From Paramoeba atlantica (taxonomy: Eukaryota > Protista > Discosea): 64,000 nucleotides of DNA. Shown here in pieces: positions 1 to 11,496 of the stretch (its first letter is position 1; the number at the start of each line of letters is the position of its first letter). Made by a program: the position numbers and the translations under genes. Where the stretch lies: contig CDRNVI010000063.1 of NCBI GenBank assembly GCA_977017575.1, positions 615,993 to 679,992 on the forward strand, given 5' to 3'. Below the pieces are notes generated by a model. It ran no database searches and was not told where the DNA came from. It worked only from the letters and a program-made list of their open reading frames with translations.

Positions 1-94
1 TAAAGTCTTTCAACAGGGCTTGGAGCCGGGTAAATGCTTTCGAAAGTTGAACTGCGTCATTTGATACAAGATTAACGTCGTCGACGTAAGCATG
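1..94 (-). pseudogene. Fragment of a CRE-type reverse transcriptase around catalytic motif C, cut by the window edge
   Basis: Minus-strand translation HAYVDDVNLVSNDAVQLSKAFTRLQALLKDF parallels FAYIDDINFASDDPALLTKAF in the CRE ORF at 12540-14756. Confidence 0.75.
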
Positions 95-739
95 GACCTC
101 GGCCAGCCGACCTCGGCCAGCGACCTCGGCCACCCGATCGTCCTCCGAGATGTCTGATCCTGATGCAGATGAGCTCTCCGATCCTTCGTCATGTGACATG
201 TCCGCTTGTCCGAGGTTCGCCTTCGTTAGATCAGAGCTACGGAGTATCACTTTTACCTTTTTCGGAGTTTTCTTCAGTCGTGTCTCTTTTCTGATCTTAA
301 TTTTCAAGGATGACTCTCCAGTTTGACTTCTTCGTAGAATTTCATTTCTCCGAACACTGGCAAAAGCGGTTTCCTCGTCTTTCGTGTTGTGGCGGCCGTG
401 GTCTGACGTTGGGTTTTTCTCGATGCTTTGCGCTTTGTGTTCCATCTTCTTTTGCCAGTTGAGGGGAATATGCTGTGGAATGGGGGTTGTGTACATGAGG
501 TCGTCGTACGTGCTAGCGTCTTGGATGAGTTTCTTGTTTGCCTCAAACTGGTCCCATGATCCAATCTCGTGTCTATTCGCTTGTTCCGTAAAGTTCAAGT
601 TGTGCTCCTTTACGCCAGTGGACCTCACTGCTGCAGTGTTCTGCTGCTGATGCGACGGCGTGCCTTGCGCCGCCCTCGGGGGAGGTTCTGACATAAAAGA
701 AAGAAAAGCAAAGTAGTAAAAATCAACAAGGTACAGAAA
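95..739 (-). mobile_element. 5' portion of an SL-capped CRE-type element; near-identical inverted copy of about 16680-17290
   Basis: Shadow ORFs 304..564 and 16855..17115 are almost identical; ATG at 694; partial SL at 724-739. Confidence 0.85.
724..739 (-). other. Retroposed partial spliced-leader exon (3' 16 nt, TTTCTGTACCTTGTTG)
   Basis: Exact match to the 3' end of the 39-nt motif at 38543-38581, followed by a short T-rich 5'UTR and ATG. Confidence 0.8.
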
Positions 740-754
740 AGGTTCTTGTTAGGT

Positions 755-1495
755 TTTTTTTTTTTTTTGGACCTGAACCTGGAAATAAACTTCCACAAGT
801 GTGAAATCTTTATGAGACATGTTCACCTTCCCCCCTTCTCTCAATTTTCAAAGAGAAACTATCCCGAAAATGAAATCTATATAATTTTATAAGCTGACTC
901 AGCTTATAGTGATATTGTGTTTAGAACTTATATACTATATTCTTGAGTTTGCGTGCAGCCGTCTAAGTATTTCTTTAGCTGCGCATAAATCCCTAATCCA
1001 TTAAGCTCCTGAATCGTCAGCTTCATTTCGAGTTCGACCTGTTTCCTGTTTAGCATGGCCGCGTCTGCTAGCGAGTGTACCAAATTCTGCGTATTGCGGT
1101 GCAAAGCGCCTCCTGCCAGTACGGGTAAACATTGAAATGAGTCTTCACGAATTAAGTTCGTACGTACATATGTGTTGGACTTTCGCTGCAGCGCGTCATT
1201 CATGAGCTGTGTGCATTTCTTTCCACGATTAGACATTGAGAGTTCGTGAATAACTGTCAGATCATAGAAGACCGCACCCGTGTTCCAATAGATCACGAGA
1301 TCGGGGCCAGACCGACAAAGTTTTTTTCCTGCACAAGTCTTCTGATGTACCAACTGGTTTTCCGGACTGATTGTAGATCGGCAAGCGATGCACTTCCACG
1401 TAGAAAAGTTTCTAGGTTCCGTTTCACATGGGATGCCTGCTTTCACGCATAGACGATGTAAAAATCCGACAAGTGAGTTATGTTTCACGGTCGTA
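755..1495 (-). mobile_element. 5'-truncated CRE-type element: RLE C-terminus, 3'UTR and poly(A)
   Basis: ORF 928..1488: KHNSLV...CEtEPR...CIAC...H...C...RSGPDLVIYWNTGAVFYDLTVIH, homologous to the C-terminus of 12540..14756; T-run at 755-768. Confidence 0.85.
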
Positions 1496-1744
1496 TTTAT
1501 ACCTGAACATTGAGCATTTTTTTTTTTTTGTTTTCCGAAAACGAAAGCGTTCTAAAAATATATATATATCTTTCGGAAGGCATTTTTCTGTAGAATTCCG
1601 ATAGCTTTTTTTTTTTGACGTTATCCCTCCGGGTGTAGATCCTTAAGCTTTTTTTTTTTCGTATTCCTAATTTATCCTCCTACCTTTTCCACTTCTTCCT
1701 ATTACTACCTTATCCACCAAATAAGTCCAGACTCGGACTCGACT

Positions 1745-2333
1745 CTAATAAGCATACTCATCTTTCGGATCCGGTAAGTAGCTACGCAATTGCGCCTGGA
1801 CTATCGCTCCATTCAATTCCTGTTGAAGAAGCACAAAATCATTCAGAATCGCCTTGGGTTCGCGGTAGACCTTTTCCGCCAGGAGCTGTAGTAGAGATTT
1901 TGTGTTATTGTGGAGAGCCCCGCAGGACAATATAGGGAGGCATTGAAATTGATCATTTCGCAACATAGTTGATTTTACATATTTCGCATGCTTCCGAGCG
2001 ATGGCGATTGAGCACAGCCTGGGATATGGGTGAGGGCGTTTCGGTTATTGAGGAGAATACCGCACCCTGGAAACAATAGACTGGTAGGTAGATCTGGGTG
2101 TTGGGCATTTAGTCGTGGCATAATCGCGAGTTTGAAGAGATGGGAAGGGATGTACTTCGCGTTGGAAAGGATCCAGTCGCTGTTTCCTTTGAAGGATGTG
2201 GCTTGTAGAATGTGCTTAATGTCGGGATCCGTTTGCAACTCTTTCAATACTTCGACGATGAATGCTGGTGGAAGCTTTTTCGTCCACTGGTATGACTTTC
2301 ATTGTCGAGTTCTTAGGAATAGACGGGTGTGAT
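1745..2333 (-). pseudogene. Degenerate, internally deleted CRE-type CCHC/RLE fragment
   Basis: ORFs 1975..2247 (SNAKYIPSHLFKLAIMPRL...NALTHIPGC) and 1745..1966 (FQCLPILSCGALH...LQQELNG). Confidence 0.8.
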
Positions 2334-2492
2334 GGCACCGCGTTGTCGATCCGAGCTTTTTTTTTAACCCATCTAACCTAAATTTATTCATTACTAACAA
2401 AGGAAAATTTTTTTTTTTACCTACCAAATAATTATATTAGGACCAGAATCCAATCAATATCCAAAAGACTCAAGGCGGGCATCCAACATTAG

Positions 2493-3316
2493 TTTTTTTT
2501 TTTTTTACATAATATGACCGGTCTTTTCAGATAATGAAAAATATGATTTTCTCTCATGTGTTGAGCCGGAACCAAAATTACTTTCTCAAGTTTTCATAAT
2601 TAATAAAGAATGGTTGATTAAATCGCCGTATCTTCTCGGCTCTGCGGCACTAGAAATTTGCCAAGTTGCGAGAGAACAACCCATCCGTTGAATTCTTGTA
2701 ATCGAAGTGTAAAATCTTGGATCACGTAATCCCGCGCTAATCCGAGCTGATTTCCTTCTGGGTGACGAATGGTTGGGCTCTCGTCTTGCGACACTTTGTC
2801 AGCTCTTGTCTGAAGAAGGTTGAGTTGTTTGTTTCGCCGATTGAAGAAATTTGAAGACAGCAGTGCGTTCTTAATTGTGACTTTGCAGTCACTTTTCGGC
2901 AGTGGGGTCGGCGATCGACGCATCGACGGAGGAGGAGATTGTGGACACGCAGATGGCGTTGATGGTGGTGATGGCGGCGGTAGTGGCGGCGGAAGTGGCG
3001 GTGAAGTAGGTGACCGCGATGCGGCGGGGACGGGCGATGGAAGAGACGGAGTTTCAGTGGACAAAGTCGTGGGTGGTGAGGGCGGCGGGGGCGGCGGGGG
3101 CGGCGGGGGCGGCGAAGGAGAAGCGCTCGGTTCGGACGGAGCCTCAGGCGGTTTCTCCTCAATTGTTTTCTTCCTGCGACGGGTCGGAGGTAGAGGCTGT
3201 ACGACGGGAGCTACTCCCGTTTCTTTCGCCCGGCTCCGCGTGATCATGCCCATGAAAGTGAGAAAGTAATAGAAAATAAATCAACAAGGTACAGAAACTG
3301 TATCTTTATCGTTAAA
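2493..3316 (-). mobile_element. SL-capped, internally deleted mini-element; ORF 2618-3253 has a Pro-rich N-terminus and the CRE RLE C-terminal tail
   Basis: SL 3282-3316; ATG 3253; C-terminus QDFTLRLQEFNGWVVLSQLGKFL matches NDFILLLQEMNGNILLGQLRKYL; T-run 2493-2506. Confidence 0.7.
3282..3316 (-). other. Retroposed spliced-leader exon (35 nt)
   Basis: TTTAACGATAAAGATACAGTTTCTGTACCTTGTTG on the minus strand, 28 nt upstream of ATG, no GT donor after it. Confidence 0.85.
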
Positions 3317-3966
3317 TATATCGTATATTTATAATTACCTCAATCTATCCCTGGTACATAGATAAATAGTTTAGACCCATTTCGGGGTAGAATTTGAAAA
3401 CAGTTTAGACCCCTTTCGGGGCACCATCTGCAATATCAACAAAATAAAGTCTCCTAAATTTCTTATCGTAAACTTATAGAAATCAACGGACCCTTTCTTC
3501 TGCCATAAACTTCGTAAAATAAGGTAAACAAAGAAATCAATATTTCCCATGTATAAATAGAAGATTTATCCCGCTATACCCATTTCCTTTGTAATCAATA
3601 AAATATACTAAGTATCACAAGTATCACCAAATAGAGCTCTTTAACCTAGCAAACATTCCCTGTAACTTACGAACGGGCGTTATGCCCACCACGTCGCGAA
3701 CCAACCCGTTCGCACGTCACCACGCACACCAAGTCTCGTTACACACCCCCACTCTCCTCGCACCCTTCACTCCCTCACTCTCCCTCCCATCCCCTCACGA
3801 CAACCCAACGCAACTAACCACAGTACAGCACCCTTTCACTCGTCAAACACGTGTTTTCGTCGTACACGTGTGCATGAATAACTAAAGAACGTATATATAT
3901 AGTTTTTTTTTTTTTTTTAAGGTCGAGGTGGGGGGATACGGCGCAGGGGGATGATGGGACGAGAAG

Positions 3967-4797
3967 TTTTTTTTTTTTTTTTAAGTATAAAACGCGGCAT
4001 TGCCTCTATATTTTTACTCAGTAGACGAACCAAGTAGGTCCATTGGGGGGGTATATGATTTGTAAACAAGCAATCAAATTAGCAATTTCACATGTTGTAG
4101 CCCAAAACTAATAATTCAACCTGCCTTAAGTTACAGTATTTATGATTTTGATAACAATAATAATAAAAAGAAGCAATTTATGCCCAATTCATTCGCGCGT
4201 TCCGGACTGGGTCTTTCGACCACTCCTCGGCCTGACTTGTGAACTCTTCCCTTGTTATATGGGAGGGCGCAGGCGCGGGCTTGTGCCGACAGCGGCACGG
4301 TCGCGAAACAGGGTGCTGGCCGACGGGGAGGAAGTTTTAGTTCCCGACCCATGTCCTACCTCACTTGGAGTACCTAGCCCTTGAGGGCTAGGCGTGAGCA
4401 TAGACCCTGTCGGCATCGACCAGCATCCAGGCCAGCCATCTATGAGGGCGCAAACGTGGGTCTGTGCTGACTGCCGTCCGGTCAGGAAACGTTTACTCCC
4501 CCAAGCAAGAAAACGGGTCATCAGTGAGAAGGCGATTAACCATCATGCGGGCCTGAAGGCGCATGAGGGTCACGTTTAACTCCGTGAAGATTCTGCTCGT
4601 CGCCCCCCCTTCTGTCAATAACCCGCACGAGGCGTGCGAAAGCCGTTCTCCAACTTTACGGAGTACTGCGGATGCACCGCTGCTCCACGCACCGTAGCTC
4701 TCCACCACCATGGCGGTGAAGGCACAGCCCCCTGGGCCTCTGTTGCCAAGACTTTTTTCTCGTTGTGGGGCCAGTTTGGCTCTGCTGCAAAGGTCGG
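3967..4797 (-). mobile_element. 3' fragment of an E-family CRE element (RLE end, structured 3'UTR, poly(A))
   Basis: ORF 4493..4711 MVVESYGAWS...LNVTLMRLQARM matches MVVESFGSWS...LNVTLMRSQARM of 39201..43265; UTR homologous to 38603-39060; T-run 3967-3982. Confidence 0.85.
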
Positions 4798-5185
4798 TTT
4801 TATTAAGACAACGTTTTTTATTAAGACAACGTTTTTTATTAAGACAACGTTTTTTATTAAGACAACGTTTTTTATTAAGACAACGTTTTTTATTAAGACA
4901 ACGTTTTTTATTAAGACAACGTTTTTTATTAAGACAACGTTTTTTATTAAGACAACGTTTTTTATTAAGACAACGTTTTTTATTAAGACAACGTTTTTTA
5001 TTAAGACAACGTTTTTTATTAAGACAACGTTTTTTATTAAGACAACGTTTGTATTAAGACAACGTTTTTTATTAAGACAACGTTTTTTATTAAGACAACG
5101 TTTTTTATTAAGACAACGTTTTTTATTAAGACAACGTTTTTTATTAAGACAACGTTTTTTATTAAGACAACGTTTTTTATTAAGA
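4798..5185 (+). repeat. Tandem array A1, 18-bp unit ATTAAGACAACGTTTTTT, about 21 copies
   Basis: Directly visible; one 17-bp variant ending GTTTGT near 5047. Confidence 0.98.
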
Positions 5186-6822
5186 GGAGTGAAGAAAACT
5201 CGCATTACCGATCTAAATTACGCCGACGATATTGCATTTTTTGCAGAATCTCGAAATATTCTGAGGGATATGATAGAAGCACTATGCGCAGAATCGGAAA
5301 AGGCTGGTTTGCATATAAACATAGGCGTGACCAAAACTGCTTGGATGGCAGTGGGCAAAGGACTTAAAGGAGGTTGTCAAGAGAGTGCGCTTGTAACTAA
5401 ATTTGGAGCAATACCAGAAGTAGTAGAATATCGATATCTTGGACACAAGAAGAATTCACAGCAAATATCTTTGACACTGCAAGAACGAGTTGCTTTATCT
5501 TGGAAAGCGTTTCATCGTCTTAAGCCGCTTTGGAATTCTAGCTTAAGCATTGCGCTTCGCCTGAGGATTTTCAGCGCGCTGGTAAACAGTGTTTTAATAT
5601 ACGGTTCTGCATCTCTCGTCGCCACGAAGAAGGAATTGAAGGAGGTGGACATCGAAGTAAACAAGATGCGACGTATGGCGACGGGAATGCCACTCTGGGA
5701 TGGAAGGAAACGAACGCCTACAGCTGCATTGTATCGCGGAGAATCACTGTTTTCAACACAACTGCGAGTAAACAGAGCCAAGCTTGTCGGTCATTTGTTG
5801 AGACACGATTCCTCGTTTGCCGACGTCATGCTCTGGAACGAAAATGACAAAGCGCGCATAAAGTCTCTGTCCGAGGCTACAGCAGAAGATTTGGGGATAG
5901 ATGTTGCAGAAATGTTTGATTTAGCGAAGAACCGTGAGGAATGGAAATTAAAAGTTGAGCGTTTACGGACTCGATTAGAACCTACAGCGACCTACAAGTC
6001 ACACTCGAGTCAATCATGTCGTTCAGAAGTTGAAAACATTTTCCGTTCTGAGCGATCAGCTTCAGAAAAATGGTCTGCACTACAATTCTATGAGGAGGGT
6101 CCTGTAAGCTGGCCAGAGAAAGATCTGCGTCATTTATACTGTGACGGTTCTGTTAGGGGAAGTAAAGAAGCGCTTTGTGCAGGAATATCGGTTGTGCTCT
6201 TTGAGAATGAAAGATGTACATTTATAGAGCAACAAGAACTCTCAAAACAAGATCGAACCCCCATACGAGCAGAACTACGTGCTTTTCTGCAAGCCTTGAC
6301 AATCGGACATCAACGAGAAGGAGACTTCGTGGTGCATGTAGACTCCGAGCACGTATGGCAGTTTTGGCATCGACATCGCATCAGTTTTCAACTAGATGGT
6401 TATACAACACTCGAAAATGCGGATCTATTAAAGAAAATTGGTGATAAGGCGCAATGTATATTTGAGACGGCAAATGTACATGTCGTCAAGGTAAGGGCGC
6501 ACTGCGAAAATGCACGAAACGATTTGGCGGACAGAGTAGCCTACAAAGCAGCAGAAGGTATCGTATCCTTTCTACTAATACAAGAGATTGCCCCTCCACC
6601 TGCTTGTGAAAATGCACAGAATAGTAACGAGGCAGTTAGGCATGAATCGAAGGAGTGTGCTCATCGGTGTAAAGACAAGGAAGCATGCGGACATAAATGC
6701 TGCAAAAGGCATTTGCGTCAGTCCAAAGAATAAGAGAAAGAAAGTAGCATTCAAAGTCATGGCAGAAAGATTCCTAACCACTTTTAAGAACTAAGTGGTA
6801 TATTATTATTATTATTATTATT
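5182..6822 (+). mobile_element. 5'-truncated APE-RT-RNase H family A element (RT motif C, thumb, RNase H, (ATT)n tail)
   Basis: RITDLNYADDIAFF; RNase H LYCDGS...ELRAFLQAL...VHVDSEH...KVRAHCENARNDLADRVA; stop at 6733; (ATT)7 tail 6802-6822. Confidence 0.9.
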
Positions 6823-8508
6823 AAGACAACGTTTTTTATTAAGACAACGTTTTTTATTAAGACAACGTTTTTTATTAAGAAAACGTTTTTTATTAAGACA
6901 ACGTTTTTTATTAAGACAACGTTTTTTATTAAGACAACGTTTTTTATTAAGACAACGTTTTTTATTAAGACAACGTTTTTTATTAAGACAACGTTTTTTA
7001 TTAAGACAACGTTTTTTATTAAGACAACGTTTTTTATTAAGACAACGTTTTTTATTAAGACAACGTTTTTTATTAAGACAACGTTTTTTATTAAGACAAC
7101 GTTTTTTATTAAGACAACGTTTTTTATTAAGACAACGTTTTTTATTAAGACAACGTTTTTTATTAAGACAACGTTTTTTATTAAGACAACGTTTTTTATT
7201 AAGACAACGTTTTTTATTAAGACAACGTTTTTTATTAAGACAACGTTTTTTATTAAGACAACGTTTTTTATTAAGACAACGTTTTTTATTAAGACAACGT
7301 TTTTTATTAAGACAACGTTTTTTATTAAGACAACGTTTTTTATTAAGACAACGTTTTTTATTAAGACAACGTTTTTTATTAAGACAACGTTTTTTATTAA
7401 GACAACGTTTTTTATTAAGACAACGTTTTTTATTAAGACATCGTTTTTTATTAAGACAACGTTTTTTATTAAGACAACGTTTTTTATTAAGACAACGTTT
7501 TTTATTAAGACAACGTTTTTTATTAAGACAACGTTTTTTATTAAGACAACGTTTTTTATTAAGACAACGTTTTTTATTAAGACAACGTTTTTTATTAAGA
7601 CACCGTTTTTTATTAAGACAACGTTTTTTATTAAGACAACGTTTTTTATTAAGACATCGTTTTTTATTAAGACAACGTTTTTTATTAAGACAACGTTTTT
7701 TATTAAGACAACGTTTTTTATTAAGACAACGTTTTTTATTAAGACAACGTTTTTTATTAAGACAACGTTTTTTATTAAGACATCGTTTTTTATAAAGACA
7801 TCGTTTTTTATTAAGACAACGTTTTTTATTAAGACAACGTTTTTTATTAAGACAACGTTTTTTATTAAGACAACGTTTTTTATTAAGACAACGTTTTTTA
7901 TTAAGACAACGTTTTTTATTAAGACAACGTTTTTTATTAAGACAACGTTTTTTATTAAGACACCGTTTTTTATTAAGACAACGTTTTTTATTAAGACAAC
8001 GTTTTTTATTAAGACATCGTTTTTTATTAAGACAACGTTTTTTATTAAGACAACGTTTTTTATTAAGACAACGTTTTTTATTAAGACAACGTTTTTTATT
8101 AAGACAACGTTTTTTATTAAGACAACGTTTTTTATTAAGACAACGTTTTTTATTAAGACAACGTTTTTTATTAAGACAACGTTTTTTATTAAGACAACGT
8201 TTTTTATTAAGACAACGTTTTTTATTAAGACAACGTTTTTTATTAAGACAACGTTTTTTATTAAGACAACGTTTTTTATTAAGACAACGTTTTTTATTAA
8301 GACAACGTTTTTTATTAAGACAACGTTTTTTATTAAGACAACGTTTTTTATTAAGACAACGTTTTTTATTAAGACAACGTTTTTTATTAAGACAACGTTT
8401 TTTATTAAGACAACGTTTTTTATTAAGACAACGTTTTTTATTAAGACAACGTTTTTTATTAAGACAACGTTTTTTATTAAGACAACGTTTTTTATTAAGA
8501 CAACGTTT
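6820..8508 (+). repeat. Tandem array A2, same 18-bp unit ATTAAGACAACGTTTTTT, about 94 copies
   Basis: Directly visible; rare CATCG/CACCG variants. Confidence 0.98.
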
Positions 8509-10373
8509 CGTCCAGAACCTCACGAAACACCTCAACGTCGAATCACTGTTGCGCTACAACGCAAGCAGTATTACAACGGCAAGGGCTCTCGGGACGCAGA
8601 GAGTCTCAGCACGTCTCCCAGTGCTGTAACCTCGGAGCACGTGGCAAAGTGCTTCGAGGAAGTGCCTTACCTTCGCAGGCACTCCGTTGTTTGTGCACGC
8701 CGCTCTTCACGGCTAGCCAAGGCACACGACGCTCACCTACCTTTGCACGTTAAGAAGTCGATACCTGTTATCCATTTGGATCAGGTTAAGGAGTGGATGA
8801 GTATGTCAGCTGCCACTCGTTTTCGCAAGGTAGTGGATGAATTATTATGGGTACCTAAAGCCCCGTACTCCGAACCTAGTGTGAAAGGTTCATTGCCTGA
8901 GGCGGACGTCCGATTGTTGGAGGACGCAGGCATAATCTCCAAGGTCCCGGCGCAGGAGTTGAGAAAGCGCCCATCGATGCAGTTCATGATTCCCTTCACG
9001 GTTGTGGAGACCGATGATGAGGGCAATCAGCGCAGAAGATTTATTTCATGGACAAGGGACGATAACGATAGATTAAAATCATATGAACCAAAGGTCCCAT
9101 TATATCATCCCTCCAAGTATCTTCATAAGGCGCACGAGCCGATGGCTGTGAAGCGGGACTTCACGTGTGGATTTTACCAGATTGGTATCCCAAAGAGGGC
9201 GCGGCCCAAATTCCGCCTTAGAACGAACAGTGGAGACGTGTTTGAGATGAACGTCCTCCCGATGGGCCATAGGTGTGCACCGGAGGTTATGCACACGGTT
9301 ACCGCCGCGATTGCTGGCGAGGCGTCGATTTGTTCTCAGCGCTACTCGTTTCACCGAGGCGCTATCGACGTTTATGTTGACGGAGTTCGGTTTGCAGGAA
9401 CCCACTCCGAGGCCACCACGTACGCTCAGTTCATTGACGAGCGTTGCGACAAAGCGAACGGTCTTTTCAAAGATCGGGGTCAGCCCCCTGTAGCACAGTA
9501 CGTGTTCAATGGGGTGGCGTTCGACCATAACGCGCATACGGTCTGCCTGGGACCGCGAGTGATCAGGAAACTGCGAGCCGACTCTTTCTTCAACATTTCC
9601 TTTGTTGACCTAGAGGCGGTGGTGGGGCGCCTCATTTATGGCTCCGCAGTTCTCCGGCTCAATATGCCGCGATTTTATTTCGCTTTGAAGGTGGCGCAAC
9701 GGCGTATCAACTTGTTGAACCGTTGCCCGAAGTTATGTGACCGTCCGGTCGCACTCCCTGTCGTCACTCGCTCCATGCTAGCAGAATGGAGAAACGAGTT
9801 GCTGGAGAATGTTCCACGGTCTCCACCTCCCCATCCCGATGTTGTTCCACACAAGCATCGTCTCTACACCGATGCCTCGGTGAAAGGATGGGGAGCGATT
9901 ATGTATTTAGACAGCGGAGAGGTTTTGATTACGGGTGAGGCGTGGCCTGAGTCATCCTCGTATGAGGTGAACCGTGCGGAAGCTGCAGCAGTCCGCTTAG
10001 CCCTCGAGAAGTTTTCCGCGCATTGCCCCCGTGGAACCTGCTTGGATGTTTTTGTTGACAACACCTCCTGTCAGGCTGCACTGAACAGGAGGATCTCCAA
10101 GTCAGAGGGGGTTTCAATGGAATTGCGCGAAGTCCTGCGACTGACAGAGGACAAAGGTATTTGTGTCAAGGCAGCGTACATATCCACGGATGAGAACCCG
10201 GCGGATGCTGTCAGTCGCGGGAAGGAGATTGAGAGAGAGAAGGTTGAGAAATATAAAGGCAACATCGACAAATACAGCGATAATCAGCATCATCATATTG
10301 GTAAGCTAGACAGTCATATTGAAGGAAAACCCTAGGGGACAGGATCACCAAATACAAAAAAAAAAAAAAAAAA
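8509..10373 (+). mobile_element. 5'-truncated VIPER/TATE-type YR retroelement (YR C-terminus, RT-RNase H ORF 8641-10335, poly(A))
   Basis: Near-identical to about 22650-24516; RT DFTCGFYQI, LPMG, YVDG; RNase H LYTDAS, AEAAAV, VDNT, NPADAVSR; A-run 10356-10373. Confidence 0.9.
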
Positions 10374-10860
10374 GACAAGAAAAAAAGAAAAAAAACAAAG
10401 ACAAAAAAAAAAAAAAAAAAAAAAGCGAGCGGACGGGGTCCTGGGGTTTGGAGGTTGTCCCTATAATTTTGGAAGGTTATGGATGTTAATCGGTTGACAA
10501 ACTTTATCCTCACGCCTTGGTTTTCGAAAACAAGGTTCCCCAATGTGAGATAAAGGTGAGTAAAGTTTTCTTTACTCTGCGATTAGCGCCTTAATGTTTT
10601 TAACCGCGTCATTGTTGACACGGCCGTACACCACGCCTAGTTGCTCCACACTTCTAGGTCCCAAGTTGGTATATGGGCAGAGGTTGAAAGCGTAACCTGT
10701 GTAGCTCGTGTGAGCTTGTAAAGGGCGTGGTAATGGACTGGTCATCTATTGCTATCGTTATCCTTTTGTGAGCTCTGCATGTTTTGATATTTTCTATCTA
10801 TTAATATTTGACTACGTGATTGGGCATTTTGCGTTTATTGTGACGTGTGTGTGGGCAGGT

Positions 10861-11496
10861 TGGCCGAGGGTTCCGGTGGGGGGGAACCCCGTTAACAGAG
10901 TAACATTGATTGTGTTGTTTTATGCAGGCTTGTTTCTTTTCCATCTTTGTGCGTGTGAAATGAATGAATGATACGTTGTGTCATTTTGAATTACGATTGA
11001 GCTATTCATAGTTGTTCATTTATTCATATATGTTATCAGTGTATATGTTTCCAGGGAGCCCCTCGGCGTGGATTTCTAATAGTTCACGTTTTGAAATTTA
11101 GCCGAGGGGCGGCTATATATTTGCCTGCTGGCCCTTCGGGGCACATAATTTTCTCAAATTATGATGTAGTATTCTCTAATTGCATGGAGGGGGGTGTTTA
11201 CTCGTTTGTTATATTCTTGTTAGGTTGTTATTTTGTTACGTTTAAAGTTTTGTGCCCACCCACCGAGCCCCCAGCCATTTGGCCGAGGGTTCCGGTGGGG
11301 GGGAACCCCGTTAACAGAGTGACATTGATTGTGTTGTTTTATGCAGGCTTGTTTCTTTTCCATCTTTGTGCGTGTGAAATGAATGAATGATACGTTGTGT
11401 CATTTTGAATTACGATTGAGCTATTCATAGTTGTTCATTTATTCATATATGTTATCAGTGTATATGTTTCCAGGGAGCCCCTCGGCGTGGATTTCA
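10861..11496 (+). repeat. About 217-bp direct duplication (10861-11076 and 11280-11496) around a 178-bp segment that recurs at 15963-16140
   Basis: TGGCCGAGGGTTCCGGTGGG...CCCCTCGGCGTGGATTTC occurs twice; TAATAGTTCACG...AAAGTTTTGTG occurs at 11077 and 15963. Confidence 0.9.

Noticed and set aside
3682-3900. CA-rich tract as a telomere-like or coding sequence
   Set aside because: No regular period and no homology seen elsewhere in the window
6784-8535. Long hexapeptide-repeat ORFs (NKKRCL, LRQRFL, LRPLFV, IQKVVL, NTKSGL, IFTKNL) here and at 4615-5205, 26593-31174 and 58889-63508
   Set aside because: Artefacts of 18-bp units lacking stops in some frames; near-zero synonymous variation, and 1-nt indels are tolerated
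10862-10900. HDV-like or hammerhead ribozyme at GGCCGAGG...
   Set aside because: Could not build the HDV double pseudoknot or find a CUGAUGA/GAAA core by eye; needs an Infernal search
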